Below are positions 27,739 through 37,514 of a DNA stretch of 64,000 nt, one piece after another (within the stretch, counting starts at the first letter, position 1; every line of letters starts with the position of its first letter). A program made the position numbers and the translations under genes. The notes beneath the pieces were generated by a model that saw nothing but the letters and a program-made list of their open reading frames with translations, made no database searches and was not told the origin of the DNA. This stretch comes from Candidatus Zixiibacteriota bacterium (lineage in GTDB: Bacteria; Zixibacteria; MSB-5A5; UBA10806; 4484-95): the NCBI GenBank assembly GCA_037441845.1, contig JBBIRK010000002.1, forward strand, positions 128,001 to 192,000. The letters run 5' to 3'.

Positions 27739-29676
27739 TTAATTCGAGAATTTCCAGTTGAATACCCACCAGACCGTGCCCGGCGGCATCGAGTATTCGC
27801 CCCAAAGTTTATAATCATTGCCGATAATAAAATCGAAAACATTGCTCCCGATCACATGAAAATCGAACGACCCGTAACGAATCCCCGCCGCGCAATCGAG
27901 CACTGCGAAAGGCCCGTATTCAACATCGACGAAACCGTAGTAACAGCGGCGGCCGCAGTAACGCGCCTGCGCCTGCGCCGATAAATCGACATCCCGCAAC
28001 GCCCCTTTCCAGATCACCTCGCTTTCCGCGAAACCAATAAAGGCCGGCGAATGCCGTTCCCCCCATTCGGTCGTCTTCGGAGAGTAAAGAAAAGATGTCA
28101 TACCGGCCCGCGAATGAAGATACTCGCCGAGTCCGGTTTCAAAAGTCAGCGTGATCACCGCCCGATCGTAATCTATCGCCGTCGGCCGAGCCGACCATAT
28201 CCCGGAGGAATCGGTCAGCCGCCAGTAGCTGTCCCCGGTCACCTTCTCATACGAAACCGAGAAGTCCGATTTCAAAAACGCAAACGGATTCCAGCGACCG
28301 AAAAGCAACGCATAAAGCGTCGATTTCGCCGGCGCAGAAGTTACCGTCACGATCCTGTATTCATCTATTTCCACCAATCCGGAATAGTTTACCGAAAACG
28401 TCGGCGTTCCGAAATAAACGGCATAAGGATCGTAATCCGAATCATGATATCCGCCGTGTATCCCGAAACCGACATCTTCTTCATTCCTTTCATAACCGAT
28501 ATCGACCGCCCCTGCCGTTCGGCCGGGATCGCTATTGCGCAAGCGCACAGCTAATTCCAACCGATCGGCCGACGTCACGCGCAATGAATCGCAAGCGAAT
28601 ATCGAATATTGCTTGAGGGCTTTCGTATAAGCTCCTTGGCCGTATTGCCTTAGCTCTTTGTAGGCGAACGCCAGCCGTAACTTGTTCCGACCGCCGATGA
28701 AATCCACTCCCAAAGCGGCCATTTTCGTTTTATCCGCCGGCCAGGCTTTCGGCGAAATATAAAGGCCGCCGGCTTTCACCTCGTTCTTTTGATACAGCAG
28801 ATCGGAAAACATCGTGACTTTCGCACCGCGATTATGTTCGTAATGCAATCGATGCCTGATTATATCGCTTTTTGCTCTAAACGAGGGCGGCACGATCCGA
28901 TCGAACTGCAGTATCCCTTGTTCCGATTTATTTTCATAAAAACCGTATTGGAATTCCCCGACATTCCTGAAACTTCCGGCTAACGAACCCGATACACCGA
29001 ATCCGTCGTAATCGGCCCCGCTGGTGTAATAGCTTCTTGACTTCTTGAAACCCACGCAAAATGTTCCCGCCAGCCGGCTGCTGAAATTTCTGCTGAAACG
29101 CCAAGCCGTCCGCTCGTAGCCGTAGGGACCGCGGGCGACGGTTATGCTCGATGGGTTGTTCTGCGGCGGCCGGACCTGCGATCGGACCGAAAGAACCGTT
29201 CCCTGGGTCGTTAAATCGAGATGATTCAGCCGGGTCAATTCTACTTTCCCCGGATTCTCGAACATAACTACATTCAAATCCGGCCCGCTTCTTTCGGGAA
29301 CGAATAGTCCTTGCTGATAAAACGGCAAACCATCGACAACCACTCCCTGCCCGCCAAGTAAAATCGATTTGACCAGAATTTCCGGCTGACCCTCCGGACC
29401 ATGCTGAAGCGGGAAGATGCCGCCCTCGAACCAAAGCAGATCGCCAAGCGTCTTGGCAAACGGCCGCTTCTTCGTCAGATCAAAATCCTCTCCGACCGGC
29501 TGCCGATCGTCTTTCTCCTGAGCAACCGTATCCATCGCGGCGGTGATTTCAGCCGAATCGGGAACCGCCAAAATCTCTTCGGAAGGCTCTTCGGTCGCGC
29601 CGATCCCCGCCAAAAATATCAGCCCGATATAGACCAGCACCCCGATCAATCGAGCAACGGATAAACCGCTTTCCAT
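27739..29676 (-). CDS. Outer-membrane beta-barrel with plug-like domain (TonB-dependent-receptor-like or putative porin)
   Basis: Signal peptide; plug-like TLGDLL...VVVDGLPF; alternating aromatic beta-strand pattern; C-terminal WWVFNWKFSN. Confidence 0.65.
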   Translation of the reverse strand: MESGLSVARLIGVLVYIGLIFLAGIGATEEPSEEILAVPDSAEITAAMDTVAQEKDDRQPVGEDFDLTKKRPFAKTLGDLLWFEGGIFPLQHGPEGQPEILVKSILLGGQGVVVDGLPFYQQGLFVPERSGPDLNVVMFENPGKVELTRLNHLDLTTQGTVLSVRSQVRPPQNNPSSITVARGPYGYERTAWRFSRNFSSRLAGTFCVGFKKSRSYYTSGADYDGFGVSGSLAGSFRNVGEFQYGFYENKSEQGILQFDRIVPPSFRAKSDIIRHRLHYEHNRGAKVTMFSDLLYQKNEVKAGGLYISPKAWPADKTKMAALGVDFIGGRNKLRLAFAYKELRQYGQGAYTKALKQYSIFACDSLRVTSADRLELAVRLRNSDPGRTAGAVDIGYERNEEDVGFGIHGGYHDSDYDPYAVYFGTPTFSVNYSGLVEIDEYRIVTVTSAPAKSTLYALLFGRWNPFAFLKSDFSVSYEKVTGDSYWRLTDSSGIWSARPTAIDYDRAVITLTFETGLGEYLHSRAGMTSFLYSPKTTEWGERHSPAFIGFAESEVIWKGALRDVDLSAQAQARYCGRRCYYGFVDVEYGPFAVLDCAAGIRYGSFDFHVIGSNVFDFIIGNDYKLWGEYSMPPGTVWWVFNWKFSN

Positions 29677-30179
29677 ACTCTCCCCATCAGAGGTTCCGCA
29701 AGGCCGAATATCAGACCGTTGGCCGCCATATGAACAAGCGAAAACGCTATCCCCGAATAAACCGCCGGTTTCAATGCGCCTATAGTCAATCCCCAGGCGG
29801 CGTTCGTCAACAGATCATACACGAACGTCAAAAAAACGCCGGTCGCCGCGCAAAACGTCATTCCGATCAGGCGCCGGTTATTGGCCAGAATTATTTTCCC
29901 GAATGCCGCGCCGGCCAATCCGAACAATAGATAGCCAACGATTTGAGCTATCCCCACCAAAAGAACCGTCTGCGGCCCGTTAGGATTGAACAGAATGTAA
30001 ATCGTTCCGGCGATAAGAGGAACCGAAATACCTCCCCACAGACCCAAAAATATCCCCGACAAGAAAAGGCAGAGTTCGAAAAACTTTACGTTGGGTATGC
30101 CGGCAAGCGGATATGTTATGGCCAGCGCCAGCGCCGACAACAGACCGGCGGCCGCTATCCTGCGTATTCGTTTTTTCAA
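29646..30179 (-). CDS. ECF transporter S component (CbrT-like)
   Basis: 177 aa, 5-6 TM; RIAAAGLLSALAL (AxxxA-type helix 1), IPNVKF, SG...G...G, YDLLTN, HMAAN. Confidence 0.7.
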   Translation of the reverse strand: MKKRIRRIAAAGLLSALALAITYPLAGIPNVKFFELCLFLSGIFLGLWGGISVPLIAGTIYILFNPNGPQTVLLVGIAQIVGYLLFGLAGAAFGKIILANNRRLIGMTFCAATGVFLTFVYDLLTNAAWGLTIGALKPAVYSGIAFSLVHMAANGLIFGLAEPLMGRVWKAVYPLLD

Positions 30180-30184
30180 AACCG

Positions 30185-32260
30185 TTATCTTATTATGGCG
30201 AATTTCCCCGAACCGCTCTTGCCGCCCGCCCTAATTTTTATGAAATAAACGCCGCCGGCGGGAACGCCGCCCGCAATGTTTTTTATATCCCAATTCAAGT
30301 AATGATATCCCGGCTGATTGGCGTTGACCACGACCTCTTGAATGTTTTCGAACCGGTAAATCAGATCCCCGGAGACATTGAAAATCCTTATGTCTATATC
30401 CCCTTCATCGACCGTTTCGGACAGGAAATAACGCAGGGTCGCTTCCTCATGCAAATCGCCGATCAAAGGATTCGGATAAATATGCGCATAAACCTCACGC
30501 CGCGCCGCCAGGATATAAAAACTCACCAATTTGGCGTCGTAACCGCTGCTGTCGGAGGCTATTAACCGTATATTGAAAGTGGTCCCCACCCGATCTTCCG
30601 GCGCGCAGAATGTCAACCGGCCGGTTCCATCGCCTAAGTCGGAAAAAGACACTTCCGCCAGTGTGTCATCCGGACAGCTCAATATTATCGAATCGCCGTC
30701 CGCATCGACCGCGGATACCGCCAATGTCGTGCATGACCCCGCCTTTATCGATATCTGCGCCGGCAAATCGGAAAGCAGCGGCGCGCCGCCGACCAGTAAT
30801 GAATCATAAGCCACATGAATATGATATCCCGCCGGATCGTATCCCGGAGCCAGGCTGAATACGGTCGGTATCAACACCAACGAATCGAACCGCGACCAGT
30901 CACGGAAACCGAGCAATCCCCGGCCGGTGAAATCATCAGTGGGGATTTGTATCAACGTATCCGATGCGGGATCCCAGCCGAGCACGGCCACGTTCCAGAA
31001 TTGCCCCTGAAGATCGTCGCCGTCGAAATCGAAAAGCAGGCCACCCGGTTCGAAAGGCGAACACCGGAAAACCAGATAATTGGCCGCCAGCGGCTCCGGC
31101 GTCGAATCCAAATATGTAAATGTAGTGTCGAGAGGATACTGATACGGCGTGCGGCTTGTCGATAACCTTGTTTTCACCCGCGGCCATAAATTCGCCTCCG
31201 AGAATTTATCCACCGTATCGGCCCGCCCCGAGGTGAAATAATTCCAGGAGGCGAACTCTCGAAACGCCGTCCCAAAATCCACGCCGTAATCGCCCAGAGC
31301 CTCATCGGTGGCCGGCAGAAGATTATAGCCGCCGACGTTGGCGCAGATTTGCCAGATCCGCCTGATTATATCGCGATCGAATCGTTCGTGTAAAAACCTT
31401 GCCCATACGCAGGACGCATAGGGATGCAATGTCCGCGGCGGATCATACGGGTCGGTCGAATAGGTCCCCAATCCCAGCCAGGGGCGGTCGTAGAAAAACG
31501 GAAGATAATAAAGATAATCGTTTACAGCGTCATATACGACGTCTTCCATCCAGGTCGAGGTGACCTCGTACCACCAGGCTTTCCCCTGATGAAATTCGAA
31601 TGCGTCGAGAACGTAATGAATCGCATGGAAAAACTCGTGCGCCGCCGTCACCCGTACTGCATCGAGAGGGCGATTCCGGTAGATGCTGTTTTCCTGAAAA
31701 TCGTTTTCTATCTCGATATAGCTCCGATAACGCCGGCTGTCGATCGCATCCTCGCGCCAGGTCTGGCCGTAAATCGAGCTTCCGAGATGGCTGAAATAAA
31801 CGTCGTAGCGCTCATCTCCGCCGCCGGTGTCGGCAGGCGGCGAGGGATAACCCAGAGTATCCACTTCGATAGTCCAAACATGCTCGAAAATAGACGCCGC
31901 GCTGTCCACGTAATCGGGGATACCGTTGGCCGGCATCGAATCCTCCAAAGGATGATAGACCGCCTGCGTCCCCGAGGTGTCATAATGAAAAACGAAATGC
32001 GCCGTGCCGTAAGTTTTCTGCCTGGTCGGGCGCAACGTCAACTCTTTGAAAACCGCCCCGTCTATTTTGTCTTCGTTCTCGAACAGCTCGATTATGAACG
32101 GCGTTCCGCATTTGAAAGTCACCGTCGAATCGCCGGGAACCGCCGTTATAGTCGTCCCGCGGCGGATTTCCCTCATGAATCGAATCAAACGGTCCACGTC
32201 GGCTTTCTCGCCCATGGCCAGGCCGGGTAAAACCGCCAATAACAGACATATTTTTTTCAT
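30185..32260 (-). CDS. Secreted zinc metallopeptidase (MXAN_6640-like) with FlgD/T9SS-like C-terminal domain
   Basis: Signal peptide MKKICLLL (ATG 32260, ATGA overlap); KCGT cysteine-switch-like; NGIPDYVD; VTAAHEFFHAIH...WWYE; tail YPNP...IFNVSGDLI...GGVYF. Confidence 0.8.
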   Translation of the reverse strand: MKKICLLLAVLPGLAMGEKADVDRLIRFMREIRRGTTITAVPGDSTVTFKCGTPFIIELFENEDKIDGAVFKELTLRPTRQKTYGTAHFVFHYDTSGTQAVYHPLEDSMPANGIPDYVDSAASIFEHVWTIEVDTLGYPSPPADTGGGDERYDVYFSHLGSSIYGQTWREDAIDSRRYRSYIEIENDFQENSIYRNRPLDAVRVTAAHEFFHAIHYVLDAFEFHQGKAWWYEVTSTWMEDVVYDAVNDYLYYLPFFYDRPWLGLGTYSTDPYDPPRTLHPYASCVWARFLHERFDRDIIRRIWQICANVGGYNLLPATDEALGDYGVDFGTAFREFASWNYFTSGRADTVDKFSEANLWPRVKTRLSTSRTPYQYPLDTTFTYLDSTPEPLAANYLVFRCSPFEPGGLLFDFDGDDLQGQFWNVAVLGWDPASDTLIQIPTDDFTGRGLLGFRDWSRFDSLVLIPTVFSLAPGYDPAGYHIHVAYDSLLVGGAPLLSDLPAQISIKAGSCTTLAVSAVDADGDSIILSCPDDTLAEVSFSDLGDGTGRLTFCAPEDRVGTTFNIRLIASDSSGYDAKLVSFYILAARREVYAHIYPNPLIGDLHEEATLRYFLSETVDEGDIDIRIFNVSGDLIYRFENIQEVVVNANQPGYHYLNWDIKNIAGGVPAGGVYFIKIRAGGKSGSGKFAIIR

Positions 32261-33087
32261 CTGCTCTCCCGAACCCTCTTCATTTTTTCCAGACATTCCA
32301 TCGGGACGCGCTGGCTGCCCATGAGCGATTTCCCCTTGCGCGGCCCATGACAATCGGAACCGCCGGTGTAAATCAAACCCATTTTATCGGCCATCGCTTT
32401 GTATCGATCAATTTCCGCCGCCGAATGCAACGAATGATAAGCCTCCAGGCCGTCCAAGCCCATCTCCACGAAAGATGGAATATATTCGTCATGACCGAGC
32501 GTCCCCGGGTGAGCCAGAACCGCCACTCCGCCTATAAGGTGAATTATGCTGATTGCGCGCTCCACCTCGAAATGCATCTTGGGAACATAAGCCGGCGCAT
32601 GATAACCAAGATAACGTGCGAACGCCTCGTCGAACGTGCGCACGAATTCCTCCCGCACCAACGCATCGGCGATATGCGGCCGCCCCATCACCGAATTGCC
32701 GGCTATGGCGGCCACCGTGTCCATTTTCAAATTTATTCCGAGCTCGTTCAATTTCGCGACCATCGCCCGCCCGCGATTCAATCTCTCCTCGCGAAACTGG
32801 CGGATCGTCTTCACGAACTCCGGATTGCGATGATCGATAATATATCCCAGCAGATGCACGTCGTTGTTTTGATACATGCATGACAGCTCCACTCCGGAGA
32901 TCAATTCGATTCCGCACTGCTCCGCGTAATCGATCGCCCCCACATAACCGTCGGTGGTGTCGTGGTCGGTTATAGCGATAGCCGCCAGCTTTTTTTTCAC
33001 CGCCAGATCTATCACCTCTTTCGGACTTAAAATCCCATCGGAGGCGTTGGTATGCACATGAAGATCGATATAGCGCTTGGCCGTCAA
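32257..33087 (-). CDS. PHP-domain phosphoesterase (TrpH/YciV-like)
   Basis: DLHVHTNASDG, AITDHD, GVELS, HLLGY, GRPHIA, LAHP, GGSDCHG. Confidence 0.93.
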   Translation of the reverse strand: MTAKRYIDLHVHTNASDGILSPKEVIDLAVKKKLAAIAITDHDTTDGYVGAIDYAEQCGIELISGVELSCMYQNNDVHLLGYIIDHRNPEFVKTIRQFREERLNRGRAMVAKLNELGINLKMDTVAAIAGNSVMGRPHIADALVREEFVRTFDEAFARYLGYHAPAYVPKMHFEVERAISIIHLIGGVAVLAHPGTLGHDEYIPSFVEMGLDGLEAYHSLHSAAEIDRYKAMADKMGLIYTGGSDCHGPRKGKSLMGSQRVPMECLEKMKRVRESR

Positions 33088-34622
33088 GCGAGCTTCTCCT
33101 CGACTATTCTTTTGGTTTGCGAAAACAACCGCTCGCTTTCGCTCAGGATATCATTCATTTTCCTTTTGAGATCACCGGCGAAAGCGTCGTCCTTTATATT
33201 GCCGAGATTGATCCTGACGTTCAGCGATGCTCCTTCTATCGCCGCTTTTGCCGCAAGATTGGCAACGCCGGCATCCGAAACCGAATTGACGTTCCCTTTA
33301 AGAGCGATTTCGGGCAACAGCCGCATCACCTCGATCGATTTTTCCATCACCTCGAGCGGCACGCTGGCGGCGATTTTGGTGGCTTCCTCTATAGCCTTAT
33401 CGCGGACTTCTATTTCGTGATCGGTATATTTCGGTTTTTTCATGGCCGAAATCACGGCATCGAAACTGCGGGCGTCCTTTTCGATCAAGAACGTCAATTC
33501 GATTCTCAGCGCATCGAGCTTCTTGCGCATCTCGCGGAATTCCTCCCGCACCGCTTCGTAAGCCTTGCGCGCGATCGTCAAACGGCAGACCATCTCCCCC
33601 AGCGCCGCCGCCAGCGCCCCGGCCAACGCCGAAACCGATCCCCCGCCCGGCGTCGGCTCTTTCGACTGCACCTGTTCGAGGAATCCTTTGAGTTCGCCCT
33701 TGGCCGACAATTTCGGTGATTTCAATTTCGATTCGAGAATTTGATCAAGCGAAAAATTCTCCAGTCCCAGATAATAATCGGCCACCTGCACGATAGACTC
33801 CAGCGGCGCCAAGCCGACTATCTCCGAACTTACCACCGGCACTCCATAACGCCTCGCCTCCGCTTTTATCGCCTCGTAAACCCTGAATATCGGCGTCCCC
33901 CGGAAATTCACCAGATTCATCGACACCTGCACTTGATGTCGTTCCTTGATCTCGAAACCCATCGCCTTGACATAGCGGAATCCACCGGTCTGAAAACGAA
34001 CCGCGTTGGCGATATTTTTGGCGATATCGAGGTTGGTGGTGCCCAGATAAACGTTGAAAGCGATTAAAAACTGCCTCGCCCCGATAGCTATCGCGCCGGC
34101 GGTCGGATGCGTGCGACTGGGTCCGTAATCGGGCTTGCGATCGGGATTACTGCCTATCTCCGCTTTGATCCCCTCGTATTCGCCTTTTCTCACATCCGCC
34201 AAATTGGTCCGGTCCGGGCGGGTCGCCGCCTCTTCGTATAGATATACCGGGATTTCCAGTTCACTACCTACCCTCTCGCCCAGCCTCTTGGCAAGCTCGA
34301 CACAGGTGGCCATGGTCACCCCGGACACCGGAATAAAAGGCACGACGTCGGTGGCGCCCATCCGCGGGTGCTCGCCTTTATGTTTTTCCATATCGATCAA
34401 TTCGCTGGCCTTCTTTATGGCTCTGAATGCGGCCTCGAGCACCGGTTCCGGCTCCCCGACGAAAGTGACCACCGCCCGATTGTGGTCTTTATCCATCTCC
34501 TGATCGAGCATCACCGTCCCCTCGACACTCTCGATCTCTTTGACAATTTCCGCTATCACCTCGGGTCTGCGCCCCTCGGAAAAATTAGGCACGCATTCGA
34601 CTATCTTATCCATCCTCTTCAC
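33084..34622 (-). CDS. ftcD: Bifunctional glutamate formimidoyltransferase / formiminotetrahydrofolate cyclodeaminase
   Basis: VECVPNFSEGRR, DHNRAV, HPRMGATDVVPF; C-terminal PTPGGGSVSAL...SVSDAGVA...NVRINL. Confidence 0.93.
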   Translation of the reverse strand: MKRMDKIVECVPNFSEGRRPEVIAEIVKEIESVEGTVMLDQEMDKDHNRAVVTFVGEPEPVLEAAFRAIKKASELIDMEKHKGEHPRMGATDVVPFIPVSGVTMATCVELAKRLGERVGSELEIPVYLYEEAATRPDRTNLADVRKGEYEGIKAEIGSNPDRKPDYGPSRTHPTAGAIAIGARQFLIAFNVYLGTTNLDIAKNIANAVRFQTGGFRYVKAMGFEIKERHQVQVSMNLVNFRGTPIFRVYEAIKAEARRYGVPVVSSEIVGLAPLESIVQVADYYLGLENFSLDQILESKLKSPKLSAKGELKGFLEQVQSKEPTPGGGSVSALAGALAAALGEMVCRLTIARKAYEAVREEFREMRKKLDALRIELTFLIEKDARSFDAVISAMKKPKYTDHEIEVRDKAIEEATKIAASVPLEVMEKSIEVMRLLPEIALKGNVNSVSDAGVANLAAKAAIEGASLNVRINLGNIKDDAFAGDLKRKMNDILSESERLFSQTKRIVEEKLA

Positions 34623-35548
34623 CTTTCATAAGATCGAACTGCCGCCGCCAATAATGGCAGCATTATTTCATGATGTCCGGTGAACGAACACCCCTTGCCG
34701 CCGCCCAAAGTCGGCCGACGCACTACGTTTTCGTTCGGCCGGTAATGTTGAATCATATCGAAATTGGCCGCGGTGAAATCGGTAATCTTCCCCTCGATAT
34801 TTCTGGCCACGGTCAGCGCTTTGAGGAACACCTCGGGCAACACTACGGCGGAACCGACATTCAGCACCACTCCGCCGTCGTTCAACTTCTTCAACCGCGC
34901 CGCCAGAATACGGAAATCGATCTGGCTTTTACCGCCCCACAGGGCGCCGTCGAATTCGGGGTGCTGGCAGATCGTATCGGTGCCGATCGCCACGTGGATA
35001 GTAACCGTAACGCCCAGACTCACGGCGGCGGCGATCAGCGAAAATTTACGATAACGGGGCTTGCGGGCGATTATGAACCGCCCGATAGATTCACCCAATC
35101 CACTCTCGACCGGGGCATCGGCGACCGCTTGCGCTAGATATCGAGGAGTCTCGAATACCATCCCGAAACTGCCGTCCCGCAGAGTATCCGCCACCTCCTC
35201 CGAGGTTCTTCCCCAGAATGCGATCTCAAGATCGTGAATGGCTCCGGCGCCGTTAAGCGCAATATGGGAAACATACTTCCGTTTCAGCATATCGATAATG
35301 ATCGGCGAAAGTCCCACTTTCAAGGGGTGCGCCCCCATAAGCCAGATAATCGCCCGTCCCCGTTTTTTTGCCTGAATCATGTCATGGGCGAGATCGCGCA
35401 GATCGGCGGCTTTGAGATAATCCGGCAGCGAGTCGAAAAACGGCCTCATTCCACGGACGGGCTTGCCGAAACGGCTGCTTTCGGCTTTGGTGATCCGATC
35501 GTGCACCGAATAGCGTTTTACTCTGGCCAGATCGATTTTATCCGACAC
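34619..35548 (-). CDS. Conserved hypothetical protein, deoxyhypusine-synthase-like fold (GSU2086-like)
   Basis: MGAHPLKVGL, NGAGAIHDLE, TIHVAIGTD, NVGSAVVLPEVFLKAL, HYRP, GHHEIM. Confidence 0.7.
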   Translation of the reverse strand: MSDKIDLARVKRYSVHDRITKAESSRFGKPVRGMRPFFDSLPDYLKAADLRDLAHDMIQAKKRGRAIIWLMGAHPLKVGLSPIIIDMLKRKYVSHIALNGAGAIHDLEIAFWGRTSEEVADTLRDGSFGMVFETPRYLAQAVADAPVESGLGESIGRFIIARKPRYRKFSLIAAAVSLGVTVTIHVAIGTDTICQHPEFDGALWGGKSQIDFRILAARLKKLNDGGVVLNVGSAVVLPEVFLKALTVARNIEGKITDFTAANFDMIQHYRPNENVVRRPTLGGGKGCSFTGHHEIMLPLLAAAVRSYER

Positions 35549-36416
35549 GGCCTATCTCTCCCCGAGTAAATTTCTTCAATTTGGCGGAAATCGATCCGAG
35601 CAGATACACTTCCGATTGCATCTTCACCGGCATCTTGTGCCGATCGTCGGTAAGCCAGATCGTGATTCTCCCCTTGGCTTTGAATATCCCCTCATGGCGC
35701 ATTACCGGCTCCACCACTATACACTTGAACTTGCCCGCCGGAACCTCTATTTCCTGACGGCCGTGCACGATAACTTTCAGCGGATAATTCTTGCGGTCGG
35801 TATGATTGTCTATCAGGATATCTTTGCCGGGCACCAGCTCTTGTATTCTTATATAATAGAGCGATGACAGCACGTCCTGCACGAACGGAAAAGTCGGCAC
35901 CGTGTCCGCGCCCGTAATGGCCAACTGTCTTCGCTGATCGAAATTCGTGATTCGATCGACCTTATAGCCACCTTCCCGCAGATGTTTGCGAAAATAATGA
36001 GAATATATTCCTTCGGCATCGATATAACTTTCCACCGTGTCTCTGACCGGATAAAACATCGAAACGAAATCGTTCGAATGAGCGATCGAAACGATCTTGT
36101 AACAGGAGCGGCCGTCATATTCGATTATCTCGGGGATTTTCATAACCGCCCAGCCGGCCGAAATCAGGCCGTAGGAAAGACTGAATTCGAGGTATTCCCC
36201 GACACCCCACGATCTGTTTTCAAGGGTTCTGGTCCAGTTGGTTGAATCGCCGCCGAGCGAGACGAATTGCTGGCCGGGGCTGACATAGCTCTCATCGATC
36301 GAATCGGTCGAATCCGCCGCACCGGACGGAGCGAAAAAATCGTTGCCGCCCGAACCGAGGCTGCCGGCCGTCAGTAACGTCGCAATTATCGATATGCGCA
36401 GCAGGGGACGAATCAA
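35538..36416 (-). CDS. DUF3108 domain protein (exported)
   Basis: Signal peptide; GEYLEFSLSYG, FYPVRD, QDVLSSLYYIR, IEVPAGKFKC, IWLTDD...PVK. Confidence 0.8.
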   Translation of the reverse strand: MIRPLLRISIIATLLTAGSLGSGGNDFFAPSGAADSTDSIDESYVSPGQQFVSLGGDSTNWTRTLENRSWGVGEYLEFSLSYGLISAGWAVMKIPEIIEYDGRSCYKIVSIAHSNDFVSMFYPVRDTVESYIDAEGIYSHYFRKHLREGGYKVDRITNFDQRRQLAITGADTVPTFPFVQDVLSSLYYIRIQELVPGKDILIDNHTDRKNYPLKVIVHGRQEIEVPAGKFKCIVVEPVMRHEGIFKAKGRITIWLTDDRHKMPVKMQSEVYLLGSISAKLKKFTRGEIGRVG

Positions 36417-36907
36417 TCGTTTTCCTTTGCAGCCAACTCGACAAGCCTGGGAAATATCCGCCTTATTTCCTCGTCGAGTTCGAGAAACGTCTGGTTATAC
36501 TGCTCAAGACTTCCGCCGATAGGGTCTTCCACGCGGGCCTGGGTGGGGGAATATCGGGCGGGGAACCCTTTCAGCAGATACGTTTTCTCCCGCGCCTGGC
36601 CGTCCATTTCCGCTATCTTTTCCACATGCTCGTGGCTCATTGCAAAAATGATGTCGGCCTCATCGATTAATTGCCGCCTGAGTAGACGCGAACGATGATC
36701 GCTGATATCGATTTCCCAATGGGCGGCGGCCGCCTTGGCGAATTCAGTGGCCGGTAACCCATCAGCTGCGGCCGTCCCCGCCGAACCAAATCGCATATTT
36801 GTCAAACCCTTCTCAAAAGCGATCTTCCGTGCTATGCCCTCGGCCATGGGTGAACGACAGGTGTTGCCGGTGCAGACAAACAGTATATTAAACTTCCCCG
36901 CCAACAC
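36413..36907 (-). CDS. Low-molecular-weight protein tyrosine/arginine phosphatase
   Basis: ILFVCTGNTCRSPMAE P-loop, SAGT, VEDPIG; start uncertain (GTG 36907 or TTG 36904). Confidence 0.92.
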   Translation of the reverse strand: MLAGKFNILFVCTGNTCRSPMAEGIARKIAFEKGLTNMRFGSAGTAAADGLPATEFAKAAAAHWEIDISDHRSRLLRRQLIDEADIIFAMSHEHVEKIAEMDGQAREKTYLLKGFPARYSPTQARVEDPIGGSLEQYNQTFLELDEEIRRIFPRLVELAAKEND

Positions 36908-37514
36908 TTTCCACCGCCTTACGGATATCCGCTTCTCTGATCGATCCCGCCCTGAGATATCGCCATACGTCGCCATCGCATTTCACCACCGTCGAGGCGG
37001 TTCCGGCGGCGCGGGCCTCCGTTTCGATTACCGCATCGACTCCGGAAATAATGCTCGATCGTATTTCGGCCAAGGCGCGTGGCGGATTCTCCCCGGTGAA
37101 ATTAGCGCTCGAGGCCGCCAGCGGCTTGCCGTAACCGCGGATCAAATTTCGCAGCCGCACAAAATCGGGAATACGGACTCCGATTGTTTTATCGGGGGCG
37201 GCAACCAGCTCGAACCTGCGAGAATCGGTTGGCACCACTATAGTCAACGCCCCCGGCCAGAATTTCTTCGCCAACCTTTGCGCGCTGCCTTCGAGCCTTA
37301 TTCCCAAAGCGCTGAACTGATCGATATCGGAACCAAGCAAAGCGGTCTGCCTCGGTTCGCTCTTCTTCAAATCAAACAGCTTCTTCAACGCATGCGGGTT
37401 CTCGAAATCGCAGGCGAGCCCCCATACGGTATCGCTGGGAAGCAAAATCACGCCGCCCTGAGAAAGCAATTCGCATACCTTTTTATCGGAAATATCGAAA
37501 AGGGCGGCGATCAT
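36888..37514 (-). CDS. tsaC: L-threonylcarbamoyladenylate synthase (TsaC/Sua5/YrdC)
   Basis: LPSDTVWGL, KFWPGALTIV, TIGVRIP, ASSAN, ASTVV, LRAG. Confidence 0.85.
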   Translation of the reverse strand: MIAALFDISDKKVCELLSQGGVILLPSDTVWGLACDFENPHALKKLFDLKKSEPRQTALLGSDIDQFSALGIRLEGSAQRLAKKFWPGALTIVVPTDSRRFELVAAPDKTIGVRIPDFVRLRNLIRGYGKPLAASSANFTGENPPRALAEIRSSIISGVDAVIETEARAAGTASTVVKCDGDVWRYLRAGSIREADIRKAVESVGGEV

